From positions 48,794,001 through 48,858,000 of the forward strand of contig JBNRSN020000024.1 of NCBI GenBank assembly GCA_051313645.2: a stretch of DNA of 64,000 nt. Reading direction: 5' to 3'. A program made the position numbers and the translations under genes. The notes below the pieces were generated by a model. It saw only the letters and a program-made list of their open reading frames with translations. It had not been told where the DNA came from and made no database searches. Position 1 is the stretch's first letter, and the number at the start of each line of letters is the position of its first letter. Positions 38,388 through 51,015 of this stretch are shown in pieces. This DNA is from Centroscyllium fabricii (lineage: Eukaryota).

Positions 38388-40920
38388 GACTGGGGGAGAG
38401 AGAGAGACTGGGGGAGAGAGAGAGAATGGGGAGAGAGAGAGACTGGGGGAGAGAGAGAGAGAGAGAGAGTGGGGGAAAGAGAGAGAGACTGGGGGAGAGA
38501 GAGAGAGAGTGGGGGAGAGAGAGACTGGGGAGAGAGAGTGACTGGGGTAGAGAGAGACTGGGAGAGAGAGACTGGGGGAGAGAGGGACGGGGATAGAGAG
38601 ACTGGGGGGAGAGAGAGAGACTGGGGGAGAGAGAGAGACTGGGGGAGAGAGAGAGACTGGGGGAGAGAGAGAGACTCGGGAGAGAGATAGAGACTGGGGG
38701 AGAGAGAGACTGGGGAGAGAGAGAGAGACTGGGGAGAGAGAGAGAGACTGGGGAGAGAGAGAGAGACTGGGGAGGGGAGAGAGAGACTGGGGGAGAGAGA
38801 GGGACTGGGGAGAAAGACTGGGGGGAGAGAGACTGGGGGGGAGAGAGAGAGACTGGGGAGAGAGAGAGACTGGGGAGAGAGAGACTGGGGGAGAGCGAGA
38901 GAGACTGGGGAGAAAGGGATGGGGAGAGGGACTGGGGAGAGAGAGAGACTCGGGGTAGAGAGAGAGACTGGGGTGAGAGAGAGACTGGGGAGAGAGAGAG
39001 AGACTGGGGGAGAGAGAGAGACTGGGAGAGAGAGAGACTGGGGAGAGAGGGGGACTGGGGGAGAGAGAGAGACTGGGGAGAGAGAGACCAGGGAGAGAGA
39101 GAGAGACTGGGGGAGAGAGAGAGACTGGGGGAGAGAGAGAGACTGGGAGAGAGAGAGAGAGACTGGGGGAGAGAGAGAGAGAGAGACTGGGGGAACGAGA
39201 GGGACTGGGGGGAGAGACTGGGGAGAGAGAGACTGGGGAGAGAGAGACTGGGGGAAAGAGAGAGACTGGGGAGAGAGAGACTGGGGAGAGAGAGAGACTG
39301 GGGGAGAGAGAGAGACTGGGGGAGAGAGAGAGACTGGGGGAGAGAGAGAGAGAGACTGGGGAGAGAGAGAGAGAGACTGGGGAGAGAGGGACGGGGAAAG
39401 AGGGGGACTGGGGAAGAGAGAGAGAGAGACTGGGGGAGAGAGAGACTAGGGAGAGAGAGAGAGACTGGGGGAGAGAGAGAGAGAGACTGGGGAGAGAGAG
39501 AGACTGGGGAGAGAGAGAGACGGGGAGAGAGAGACTGGGGGAGAGAGAGACTGGGGAGAGAGAGACTGGGGGAGAGAGAGAGAGAGACTGGGGGAGAGAG
39601 AGAGACTGGGGGAGAGAGAGAGAGACTGGGGGGGGAGAGAGAGACACTGGGGGAGAGAGAGAGACTGGGGGAGAGAGAGAGACTGGGGGAGAGAGAGAGA
39701 CTGGGGTAAAGAGAGACTGGGGGAGAGAGAGAGAGACTGGGGGAGAGAGGGACGGGGGAGAGAGAGAGAGGGACTGGGGAGAGAGAGAGAGGGACGGGGG
39801 AGAGAGAGAGAGAGTGACGGGGGAGAGAGAGGGACTGGGGGAGACAGAGGCAGAGAGAGAGAGGGACTGGGGGAGACAGAGGCAGAGAGAGAGAGGGACT
39901 GGGGGAGAGAGAGACGGAGGGAGAGAGGGACTGGGGGAGAGAGAGAGACTGGGAGAGAGAGAGACTGGGGAGAGAGGGGGACTGGGGGAGAGAGAGAGAC
40001 TGGGGAGAGAGAGACCAGGGAGAGAGAGAGAGACTGGGGGAGAGAGAGAGACTGGGGGAGAGAGAGAGACTGGGAGAGAGAGAGAGAGACTGGGGGAGAG
40101 AGAGAGAGAGAGACTGGGGGAACGAGAGGGACTGGGGGGAGAGACTGGGGAGAGAGAGACTGGGGAGAGAGAGACTGGGGGAAAGAGAGAGACTGGGGAG
40201 AGAGAGACTGGGGAGAGAGAGAGACTGGGGGAGAGAGAGAGACTGGGGGAGAGAGAGAGACTGGGGGAGAGAGAGAGAGAGACTGGGGAGAGAGGGACGG
40301 GGAAAGAGGGGGACTGGGGAAGAGAGAGAGAGAGACTGGGGGAGAGAGAGACTAGGGAGAGAGAGAGAGACTGGGGGAGAGAGAGAGAGAGACTGGGGAG
40401 AGAGAGAGACTGGGGAGAGAGAGAGACGGGGAGAGAGAGACTGGGGGAGAGAGAGACTGGGGGAGAGAGAGACTGGGGGAGAGAGAGAGAGAGACTGGGG
40501 GAGAGAGAGAGACTGGGGGAGAGAGAGAGAGACTGGGGGGGAGAGAGAGACACTGGGGGAGAGAGAGAGACTGGGGGAGAGAGAGAGACTGGGGGAGAGA
40601 GAGAGACTGGGGTAAAGAGAGAGACTGGGGGAGAGAGAGACTGGGGGAGAGAGAGACTGGGGGAGAGAGAGAGAGACTGGGGGAGAGAGGGACGGGGGAG
40701 AGAGAGAGAGGGACTGGGGAGAGAGAGAGAGGGACGGGGGAGAGAGAGAGAGAGTGACGGGGGAGAGAGAGGGACTGGGGGAGACAGAGGCAGAGAGAGA
40801 GAGGGACTGGGGGAGACAGAGGCAGAGAGAGAGAGGGACTGGGGGAGAGAGAGACGGAGGGAGAGAGGGACTGGGGGAGAGAGAGACGGAGGGAGAGAGA
40901 GAGAGGGACGGGGGGGGGGG
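38388..40920 (+). repeat. Purine-rich minisatellite (ACTGGGGGAGAGAGAGAG)n, right part, with a ~0.92-kb higher-order duplication
   Basis: Rare variant units recur, e.g. AACGAGAGGG at 39194 and 40121, GAGTGACGG at 39812 and 40752. Confidence 0.95.
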
Positions 40921-41718
40921 AGTTAAAGTGGATAAATCCCCAGGCCCAGACGAGATGTATCCCAGGCTGCCGTGTGAGGCAAGGGAAGAGATTGCAGGGG
41001 CTCTGACACAAATTTTCAGAACCTCTCTGGCCACAGGGGATGTGCCAGAGGAATGGAGAACAGCTAACGTAGTACCATTGTTCAAGAAGGGTAGTAGGAA
41101 TACACCAGGGAATTACAGGCCAGTGAGCCTAACATCAGTGGTAGGGAAATTATTGCAAGAAATTATGAGGGACAGAATTAGTCTCCACTTGGAGAGGCAA
41201 GGATTAATCAAGGATAGTCAGCATGGCTTTGTCAGGGGGAGATCATGTCTAACCAATTTGATTGAATTTTTCGAAGGGGTGACTAGGTGTGTGGATGAGG
41301 GTAGTGCAGTTGATGTAGTATACATGGACTTCAGTAAGGCTTTTGACAAAGTCCCGCATGGGAGACTGGTCAAGAAGGTAAGAGCCCATGGGATCCAGTG
41401 CAATTTGGCACATTGGATCCAAAATTGGCTTAGTGGCAGGAGGCAGAGGGTGATGGCCGAAGGTTGTTTTTGTGACTGGAAGCCTGTGTCCAGAGGGGTA
41501 CCGCAGGGATCGGTGCTGGGTCCTTTGCTGTTTGTAGTGTGCATTAATGATTTAGATATGAATGTAGGTGGTATGATCGGTAAGTTCGCAGATGACGCGA
41601 AAATTGGTGGAGTGGTAAATAGCGAGGAGGGAAGCCTCAGGCTACAGGATGATATAGGAGGGTTGGTCAGATGGGCAGAACAGGGGCAAATGGAATTTAA
41701 CCCTGAAAAGTGTGAGGT

Positions 41719-44700
41719 TGTGGGATACTACCATCTCCCAGCGAAATAATCAGCCAAAATCAAGAGGTTAACTCAATACAGGTCTTTACTACTCAACTCC
41801 AGGAAACACAATGAATTCAAAGGCCCACGAAACACGCTACAATGTCACGGCTTGGTCATGTGATCTCCGTTTCCCCCCTCTCTTAAAGGGGAGGGGAAAA
41901 CTGCTAGTTAAAGGGGAGTTTATATGTTTAACTATGTACAGACATTTAATCCCCGATGTGAAACACCACATGCGCCCCCCCCCCCCCAGAATCCTCTTTA
42001 ACTGTAAAAGGCAGTCTTTCGGGCGGCTTGATCAAGCGGCCGTAGCGGCTGTAGTGCCCGGATGGTGGACGAGGAGTCGTCTCTGGAAGGTTGTCCTGCT
42101 GAGGCACTGGTGGCATCGTCGGCTGCTCTGGCGATGTGCTAGCGGAAGGCTTAGCAGGTGGCAACGGCGGGGCAACCGGAGGGAGAGGCGGAGTTAAAAA
42201 CTGGTTAGCAAGAGGGCTGGCAGGTGGTCTTGGTGTTGTGGGTGGTCTGCCACACCGCGGGGTGAGAGCTGGCTGCACTGGTGAGCTGAGGTCCAGATGG
42301 GCCAGCTTCAAGCGGTCCACCAAAATGTGGTCAGGTTTCCCGCCAACGTCTATGATGAAGGATTTTTCTCCTGCCTCTAAAACTGGAAAAGGTCCTGTGT
42401 AGGGTGCTTGAAGGGGGTCCTTCTGCGCGTCCCGGCGTAAGAAGATGAACTCTGCCTGGTGTAAGTCCCTTGGAACATGAGGGAGTTGGGGGCCGTGCTG
42501 GGACGTGGGCACCAGTCGAAATTGCTTCGCGGATTCTTGATGCAGCGATCGCTGCGTGGACGGGGTCCAGGGCTCGTTTGTGAAGGGCAGAAATTCGCCT
42601 GAGACTCTAAGTGGTTGTCCATAAACCATTTCGGCCGCTGACGACTTGAGATCTTCCTTGGGTGTGGTGCGCAGTCCCAGGAGGACCCAGGGTAACTTGT
42701 CAATCCAGCCGGTATCGGCCAGGCAAGCTCGCAAGGAGGCCTTCAACGACCTGTGGAAGCGCTCGCAGAGGCCATTGGCCTGCGGGTGTTAGGCTGTGGT
42801 TCTGTTGAGTTTTGCTCCTAACCCATCGGCGACAGCATTCCACAGCTGGGAGGTGAACTGGGGGCCTCTGTCGGATGAGATATCGGCGGGGACGCTGAAT
42901 CTGGCCATCCAGGAGGATATAAAGGCTCTTGCAACGTCTGCTGCGGTGGTGGAGGTTAGGGGAACCACCTCGGGCCATCTTGTGGTGCGGTCGACGATGG
43001 TGAGGAGATGTTTGTAGCCATGTGATGGCGGCAGTCGGCCAACCAGGTCCACATGAATGTGGTCGAAACGCCTTTCGGACACGGGGAAATGTTCATGGGG
43101 CGCTTTGGTGTGTTGTTGGACCTTCGCCCTCTGACACACCACACAGGTGTTCGTCCAGTCCCGCATGTCTTTGTGGAGACCGGGCCACACGAATTTCGCT
43201 GCCATGAGCTTCTGGGACGCTCTCATGCCTGGGCGGGAAAGCCCATGAACTACGTCAAAAACCTGCTTGCGCCAGGAGAGCGGGACTACTGGCCGCGGGT
43301 CCTTGACCGACATGTCGCAGAAGAGAGTTGCACCAGCCACTTGAAAGTGTAAGTCGGCCAGGTTGAGGCCGGTCGTCGCTGACCTTAGTACCTGAATTTC
43401 GGCGTCTGCAGCTTGGTCCTTTGCCATACTGGCGTAATCAACGCCTAGGTGCACGGCATGCAGAGAGGGTCGTGAGAGGCAATCGGCAACCATGTTGTCT
43501 TTACCAGCCACGTGGCGGATGTCTGTGGTGAATTCGGAGATTAAATTAAGCTGGCGCTGTTGGCGTGCAGACCAAGGTTCTGCTGCTTTTGCCATGGCAA
43601 AAGTCAATGGTTTGTGGTCAACGAACGCTGTGAATGACCGGCCTTCTAGCAGGAACCTGAAGTGCCTGACTGCCAAAAACAGGGCGAGCAGCTCTCTGTC
43701 AAACGTGCTGTATGCTTGTTCGGTCGACCCACTGCTGCTGCACCGCCCCAATGGCGTAGTCGGATGCATCAGTTGTAAGGGCGACCGTGGCGCCCGGAAT
43801 GGGGTGAGACAAAAGTGTGGCGTTGGCCAAGGCTTGCTTGGTGTTCTCGAAAGCAGAGGTCATTTCCTCGGACCAGGGCGGCACGGTGGCAAAGTGGTCA
43901 GCACTGTTGCCTCACAGCACCAGAGACCCGGGTTCAAATCCAGCCTCGGGTACTATCTGTGTGGAGTTTGCACATTCTCCCCGTGTCTGCATGGGTTTCC
44001 TCCGGGTGCTCCGGTTTCCTCCCACAGTCCAAAGATGTGCGGGTTAGGTTGATTGGCCAGGATAAATTGACCATTAGTGTTAGGGGGATTGAATATGTGG
44101 GGTTACGGGGATAGGATGGGATATGGATTGAGGGATATGGGGACAAGGCAGGGACGGGGTACTGGGTTTGGATGATCAGCCATGATCCCATTGAATGGCG
44201 GAGCAGGCTCGAAGGGCCGAATGGCCTACTCCTGCTCCTAGTTTCTATGTTTCTATGTCAGCGGCTCTTTCCCGGTCTTGCCCCTGGTGGCCTCGTAGAG
44301 AGGGCGCATGAGTGAGGTGGCTTTGGGCACGAAGCGGTAGTAAAAGTTAACCATGCCGAAAAACTCTTGGGAGAGCTTTGACCGACGTGGGCTGGGGGAA
44401 ATCTGACACCGCCTGCACCTTGGTGGGAAGGGGAATTGCGCCTTCTGCCGGAATTTGGTGACCCAGAAAATTGATTTGGGCCAGCCCGAATTGGCATTTT
44501 GCAGGGTTAACGATAATCCCGTGATGGTTCAGGCGTTGTAAAAGGGAGCGCAGATGCAAGATGTGCTCTGCCTTGCTGGTGCTGGCCACGACGATGTCAT
44601 CTAGGTAAACAAAAAGGAAAGTCAGGTCGCGGAGCACCGAATCCATAAGGCGCTGGAAGGCCTGTGCGGCATTCTTCAGCCCGAAGGGCATTCGCAGGAA

Positions 44701-46534
44701 TTCAAAAAGCCCGAAAGGGGTAATCACTGCCGTCTTCCGGATGTCCTCCTGGTGGACTGGGACCTGATGGTAGCCCCGTACCAGGTCTACCTTGGAGAAA
44801 ATAGTTTTTCCTGCCAGGTGCGGTGAGAAGTACCGGATGTGTGGAATGGGATAGCGGTCCAGCGTGGTGGCATCGTTGAGCCGCCTGTAATCCCTGCACG
44901 GTGGCTAGCCGCCGCCAGGCTTGGGTACAATGTGGAGTGAGGACGACCAGGGACTATTTGAACGCTGAACAATGCCCAATTTCTCCATCGTCGTGAACTC
45001 TTCTTTGGCAATGGCCATCTTGGCTGGATCGAGGCGTCTGGCCCGGGTGTACACCGGTAGGCCTGTGGTGGCGATGTAGTGTTCCACGCCATGCTTCGCT
45101 GCCGAAGCTGAAAAGGTTGGCTGCGTGAGCCCTGGAAACTCTGCCAGAAGGCGGGCGTTATCGTCCTTTGTCGGTGAGGAGCAGGACCAAACAATGGCTG
45201 GCCTGTTGCTGCACTGGCATGTCAAAGAGTTGAAGGTGGCTGCGTCAATGAGGCGTCTGTCGCGGACGTCGACCAAAAGTCCGTGAGCACACAGGAAATC
45301 CGCGCCTAGCAGGGGCTGTGAGACGGAGGCTGTCGCGAAATCCCAGGTGAATCTCTGGCTGTTGAAGCAGACTTCCGCCCGCCGCTTTCCAAACATGCGG
45401 ATGGCAGCGCCATTGGCTGCCACGAGGGGAGGGCTGCCTGGATGTCGAGGGTTGAGGCTGGGATGATGCTGCACTGCGCGCCTGTGTCGCAGAGGAATTG
45501 CCGTCCAGACAGGGAATCGGTGATGTAAAGGAGCTTCCCCGCGAAGCTGACAGCCATCGTGGCGGCTGGGGTGCTTTCAGAAGGGGTTAGTCGGTGGCGG
45601 AAAATCGGTGGGCTGGGTCGGACGCTCTTTTTTTTGTGTTGAGCGAGCATGGAGGGCGGCAGCGCAGGCCCTTCACGCCGAAACGGGCATGATAGTAACA
45701 AAGGCCTGTGGTTTGGCGAGGCAATGTGCGCTCCGTGGGGGAGGGGAGCCTCGTGGCTGCAAAGCCGTGTTGGGCTACAGCGTATATCTTGTCTGCTGCG
45801 GCCGCGTGTTTAACACAATCTGTGATCGGGGAGGGCTGCTTGAACCTGCTGCGGGAGCTGGCTCAGGAATAAGACCCGGAATAAAAAGCACTGCGGTTCT
45901 GATTCCAGAAGGGTGAGCATCCGGCTCATCAACTGGGTCGGGGTGGAGTCGCCAAGGCCTGGTAACGAGAGAAGCCGGCGTGTTCTCTCTTCTTGGGACA
46001 GGCTGAAGACCTGCAAGAGTCCATCTTTCACTGCTTCATACTTGCCGACGGCTGGGGGGTTCCCCAGAAGATCCATGATTTCGGCAGCCGTGGAGCTCTC
46101 GAGGGCTGAAACTGTGTGGAAATATCGTTCCTCATTGCCCTCGACTTTTCGGAGCGAGAACTAGGCCTCTGTATGGGCGAACCAGGCGGGCGCTTGCTGT
46201 TCCCAAAACGAAGGAAGCTTTCAGGCCACAGCGCTGGTCGCCATTGTGCTGCTTGGGTCAACAGCTTCGTCTGTTGACATCGGGGTCACCAATGTGGGAG
46301 ACTACGGTCTCCCAGCGAAATAATCAGCCGAAACCAAGAGGTTAACTCAATACAGGTCTTTACTGCTCAACTCCAACAAACAGAATGAATTCAAAAGCCC
46401 GCGAAACGCGCTGCAACGTCACGGCTTGGTCATGTGATCTCCGTTTTCCCTCTCTCTTACAGGAGAGGGGAAAACTGCCAGTTAAAGGGGATTTTACAAG
46501 TTTCACTGTGTGCAGACATTTAATCTCCAATGTG
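41719..46534 (-). mobile_element. Degenerate Gypsy LTR retrotransposon, CsRn1-like
   Basis: Diverged LTRs 41719-41970 and 46293-46534 (the latter clipped), PBS TGGTGACCCCGATG (tRNA-Trp type), poly-G PPT, and frameshifted gag, protease (LCDTGA), RT (YLDD), RNase H and integrase pieces. Confidence 0.9.
43877..44257 (+). mobile_element. V-SINE (HE1-like) inserted in the Gypsy pol
   Basis: Complete head, V domain and (TATGTTTC) tail. Confidence 0.88.
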
Positions 46535-47304
46535 GTGCATTTTGGGAGGACTAACAAGGCAAGGGAATACACAATGAATGGTAGGATCCTAGGAAGGACA
46601 GAGGATCAGAGGGACCTTGGTGTGCATGTACATAGATCCCTGAAGGCAGCAGGACAGGTAGATAAGTTGGTCAAAAAGGCACATGGGATACTTGCCTTCA
46701 TTAGCCGAGGCATAGAATATAAGAGCAGGGAGGTTATGATGGAGCTGTACAAAACGCTGGTAAGGCCACAGCTGGCATACTGTGTGCAGTTCTGGTCGCC
46801 ACAGTATAGGAAGGATGTGATTGCCTTGGAGAGGGTGCAGAGGAGATTCACCAGGATGTTACATGGGCTGGAGCGCTTCGTCTATGAAGAAAGACTGGGC
46901 AGACTGGGGTTGTTTTCCTTGGAGCAGAGAAGGCTGAGGGGGGACCTGATTGAGGTGTACAAAATTATGAGGGGCATAGATCGGGTAAATAGAAAGGAAC
47001 TTTTCCCCTTAGTAGAGGGGTCAATATCAAGGGGGCATAGTTTCAAGGCAGGAGGTTTAGAGGGGATTTGAGAAAAACCTTTTTCATCCAGGGGGTGGTT
47101 GGAATCTGGAACTCACTGCCTGAAAGGGTGGTAGAGGCAGGAACCCTCTCAACATTCAAGAAACATTTAGATGAGCACTTGAAATGCCATAGCATACAAG
47201 GCTACGGACCAAGTGCTGGAAAATGGGATTAGAATAGACAGGGCTTGATGGCCGGTGCAGACACGATGGGCCGAAGGGCCTCTTTCTGTGCTGTATAACT
47301 CGAT

Positions 47305-48285
47305 GGGGGAAAAATTCGGTATCGCCACGTTTGGGGAGCTATAGTCGGCGCAGCGCTAAATTTAGCGCCTGGCGCAAATTAGCACCGCCAACAGCAAACT
47401 TGGGTTTTAACTTCCCTGGAGGTGATTGGAGCGCTAAATCAGGCGCTACACACCTCTCTTAAGGCGCAAAGGCCGAGGAGCGAGGCGTTACCTCAGAGCG
47501 CTGGCAAAGCTCATGTGATGTCAGTCAGCAATGGAACACAGACATACTGGCACCGTCCAATTCTTAAAGGAGAGTTCTGACGAATGGTCATCGACCTGAA
47601 ACGTTAACTGTTTCTCTCTTCACAGATGCTGCTTGACCTGCTGAGTTTCTCCAGCATTTTTTGTTTTTATCTTAAAGGGGAGGATTGATCTTGCTCTCCA
47701 TCCACATCCTGCTCATTGCAGCCTTGAATCTTGGCCTGGAGAGTCAGGTCCATCAAATCTGCTGGAAAGAACAATGGAGAGACCCAGGGAAAGAGCTGAG
47801 AGTGCAGCCCCCACAAATCGATACAAGGAAAGGCAAATCAAAATGAACCTGCAAAGTGCTGCTCAGTACCCAAAACTCTTTCACATTGTTGAATCTCTCC
47901 AGAAGTCTCTCTCTCTCTCTCTCTCAGAATGCGTGGTGCAAAAATGTCACCAACAAAAAAAGGCAGGAAGCAGTCACCTTTAAATAGCGCTCCCCCAGTC
48001 CCTTTCTGACTGCAGAACGCTCCCCTCAACCTGTCGTTGTTAGCGGCAGGCGGTAAGGTAGGGGGCGCCACTCAATATCCGGTCCGGGGCGCTGCGCACT
48101 CCAATGACGTCACAATCTGCCCGCGCAGGAGATCGTGGCACTAATGTTTAGCGCCGCTGCCGAGCGCCTTGTCAATTTGCCGAGAGCCGCTATACTCACC
48201 GCACCCGGGCGCCAGTTGCTGTGCGCCCCCATTAGTGCCCTCCTAGGGCGCTAACGGGTGGCGCAACCAACCAAATCTTTCTCCC
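47305..48285. mobile_element. Harbinger-like deletion derivative inserted in the CR1 tail
   Basis: GGGGAAAAATTCGG / CCAAATCTTTCTCCC termini, GC-rich subterminal GCGCT motifs; splits the CR1 tail AACTCGAT|GACTCTA. Confidence 0.6.
47573..47609 (+). ncRNA. Minimal type-I hammerhead ribozyme motif, family B
   Basis: AGTT-CTGACGA-AT-GGTC ATC GACC-T-GAAA-CGT-T-AACT: stem I AGTT/AACT, stem II, palindromic ACGT in place of stem III. Confidence 0.7.
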
Positions 48286-49419
48286 TGTGACTCTAAAAAG
48301 AAAGGACCATAGCGCCATCTACCTTAGAGATGGGAGGATTCATTCAAAGGTAAGTATATGAGGCAAGCATAGATATTTATCATTTAAATGAGCACCCAGC
48401 ATGATGAAAATAGCATCACGAGGGGAAGTAATTAATTAGATACTGAATATATAAAGCACACACTATACACAAGACTTTCACTGTATTTATAGATATCTGA
48501 ACATAGAAATATATATATATATATATTCAGAACGGCACGCACATTGATCCAATTCAACAACTTGCCTTTAACATAGGAAAACACCCCAACGCACTTCGCA
48601 GGGGCATAATCAGATAAAAGTTGACACCGAGCCAAAGAAAGAGATATTAGGTGGGGTTACTAAAAGCTTGGACAAAGAGGTAAGCTTTAAGGGCGGGTCT
48701 TAAAGGAGGAGAGCGAGGCGGAGAGGTTCAGGGAGGTGGAAGCTGGTGGTCTTTGTGATTGATGCTGTGAATGTGCTTTAATTCTTGCCATCAATGTGTT
48801 TCTGGCTCATTTCAGATATTTGCTGCAATCCACAAAAGCGGCAGATGGTTTCAAACACACTGCTTCGTCAAGGAAAATGTTTGTGTTGAAGCTGCCTGTG
48901 AATTGATGCACAGCCTGCCCAATGAAAGATTCTGGTAATCAGCCTTGATTGGCCAGACAAAGCAAAGCAAGGACAGTGCACAATTGGAACTTGCAGCATC
49001 CATAATCTGTACCATTGCCAGAAGTAAGGAAAAGAACATGAAGTAGTAATGAGATAATGAAAACAGCAGGGGAAAAAATATGAAAGACAGGTGGCCATAA
49101 ATTACAAGAGACAAAAAAAGCAGCAATATGTGGACAAGTGCCAAATATAAAAGGGCAAAGGGAAGCCAATTGCTAAAGTTGTGGGTCTTCCATTTGAATT
49201 CTCAAACAGTTGGTGATATCAGTGGCAACAGAAGCATGCCATTGCATTCAAACAGCTCACACTGAAAATGCAACTTTTAATTATTTATTTATGCTGTCTT
49301 CTTTATCTTGACCATCCTCACTTTCTTGCTGAATACTGACCCAATAACATTCATAAATTTTTTTTAAAGAGCTTCCTTGGATAGAATTCTCCCCTTTCAA
49401 GACAACGATGTAACTGTAA

Positions 49420-50272
49420 GAAACATAGCAGGAGTAGGCCATTCGGCCCTTCGAGCCATTCGATTCAATTAGATCATGACTGATCTTTCAGATTCAGCAC
49501 CCTGTCCCTGCCTTCTCTCCATATCCCTTGATCCCTTCAGTCTGAAGAAATATATCCAACTCCTTCTTGAATATATTCAATGAACCGGCCTCCACCGCCC
49601 TCTGTGGCAGAGAATTCCACAGGTTCACCACTCTCTGGGTGAAGAAATTCCCCCTCATCTCTGTCCTAAATGGCTTTCCCCTTATCCTTAGACTGTGACC
49701 CCTGGTTCTGGATTCCCCAACCATCAGGAACATCATTCCTGCCTCCAGTCTGTCCAGGCCTGACAGAATTTTATAGGTTTCGATGAGATCCCCTCTCAAT
49801 CGTCTGAACTCCAGCGAGTATAAGCCCAATCGACTCAATCTCTCCCCATACATCATTCCTGCCATCCCAGGTATCAGCCTGGTGAATCTTCGCTGCACTC
49901 CTTCAATGGCAAGAACGTCATTCCTCAGATGAGGCGACCAAAACTGCACACAATACTCGAGGTGTGGTCTCACCAAGGTCCTGTAGAGCTGCAGCAAGAC
50001 ATCCTTGTTCTTATATTCGAACCCTCTTGCTACGAAGGCCAACATACCATTTGCCTTCTTAACCGCCTGTTACATAGAAACATAGAAGATAGGAGCAGGA
50101 GTAGGCCATTCGGCCCCTCGAGCCTGCTCCGCCATTCAATGAGATCATGGCTGATCATTCAATTTCAGTACCCTGTCCCTGCCTTATCCCCATATCCTGT
50201 GATCCCTTTAGCCTTAAGAACTATATCTAACTCTTTCTTGCACCTGCATGCTTACCTTCAGTGACTGGTGCA
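49420..50272 (-). mobile_element. CR1 LINE 3' fragment with an inserted CR1/SINE tail (50072-50240)
   Basis: ORF 49494-50045: LYRTLVRPHLEYCVQFWSP...RLRGDLIETYKI. Confidence 0.9.
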
Positions 50273-50705
50273 CTGATATCAAAGAAAGATATCAAAGAAG
50301 CATATTTCTGCACAATGTGTGCCAATATTGTATGTAGGCAGGATGAAGTTGCTTACTGTTAGGAAAACTAAGAAACGATTACTGTGACAACCATACCATC
50401 AAATCCAACATGAAGTGAAATAAAGAGAGGGAAAGAAAGATGGGATTAAGAGAGATGAACGAGACAAAAAAAAGTAAAATAAAGTGTTTATCTTAATTTA
50501 AAAAAAATCTCCAACAATAATTAAAATCTGAAGGAATGAGACATCATACTTTTAAAAGTAAATTTTCAGTACCAGAGAGGTTGTTTGGCAGAAATTAAGA
50601 GTTGCTACGCTGTTAAAAATCATTTACACTTGAATGGTCAAACCCTAACTTTTTCTGTATGAAGTCACATAACACCAGGTTATAGTCCAACAGTTTTATT
50701 TGAAA

Positions 50706-50742
50706 TCACAAGCTTTCGGAGCGCCGCTCCTTCATCAGGTGC
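50706..50742 (-). ncRNA. Minimal type-I hammerhead ribozyme motif, family A
   Basis: Reverse complement CAC-CTGATGA-A-GGAGC GGC GCTCC-GAAA-GCT-T-GTG. Confidence 0.8.
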
Positions 50743-50978
50743 ATGTAAAGAGATTAACCTTGGAGCTGGCAGTTTGTGGTGTCGATAGTAGCTATGATGT
50801 GGAGGTGCCAGTGTTGGACAGGGGTGGACAATTGTAAGAAGTCACACAACACCAGGTTATAACCTAACAGTTTTATTTGAAATCACAAGCTTTCGGAGCG
50901 CTGTGCCTTCATCTACATCATGGCTACTATCGACACCACAAACTGCCGGCTCCAAGTGGAGAGGTTAATCTCTTCACT

Positions 50979-51015
50979 TCACCTGATGAAGGAGCTGCGC
51001 TCCGAAAGCTTGTGA
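50979..51015 (+). ncRNA. Minimal type-I hammerhead ribozyme motif, family A
   Basis: TCAC-CTGATGA-A-GGAGC TGC GCTCC-GAAA-GCT-T-GTGA: stem I TCAC/GTGA, 5-bp stem II, palindromic AGCT. Confidence 0.82.

Larger units (their letters stand above)
40921..47303 (+). mobile_element. CR1 LINE split by a Gypsy insertion (CR1 parts 40921-41718 and ~46535-47303)
   Basis: RT reads ...FNPEKCEV, then after the Gypsy continues VHFGRTNKAREY...LVRPQLAYCVQFWSP. Confidence 0.92.

Noticed and set aside
38283-41085. Long Ser/Pro/Leu-rich and Glu/Arg/Gly-rich ORFs (up to 919 aa), also at 33100-33855
   Set aside because: These are translations of the stop-free satellite, not genes.
48814-48932. Plus-strand AG...GT-bounded open segment, and a 24-bp one near 60826-60849
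   Set aside because: Splice-like ends but no recognisable protein; could arise by chance.
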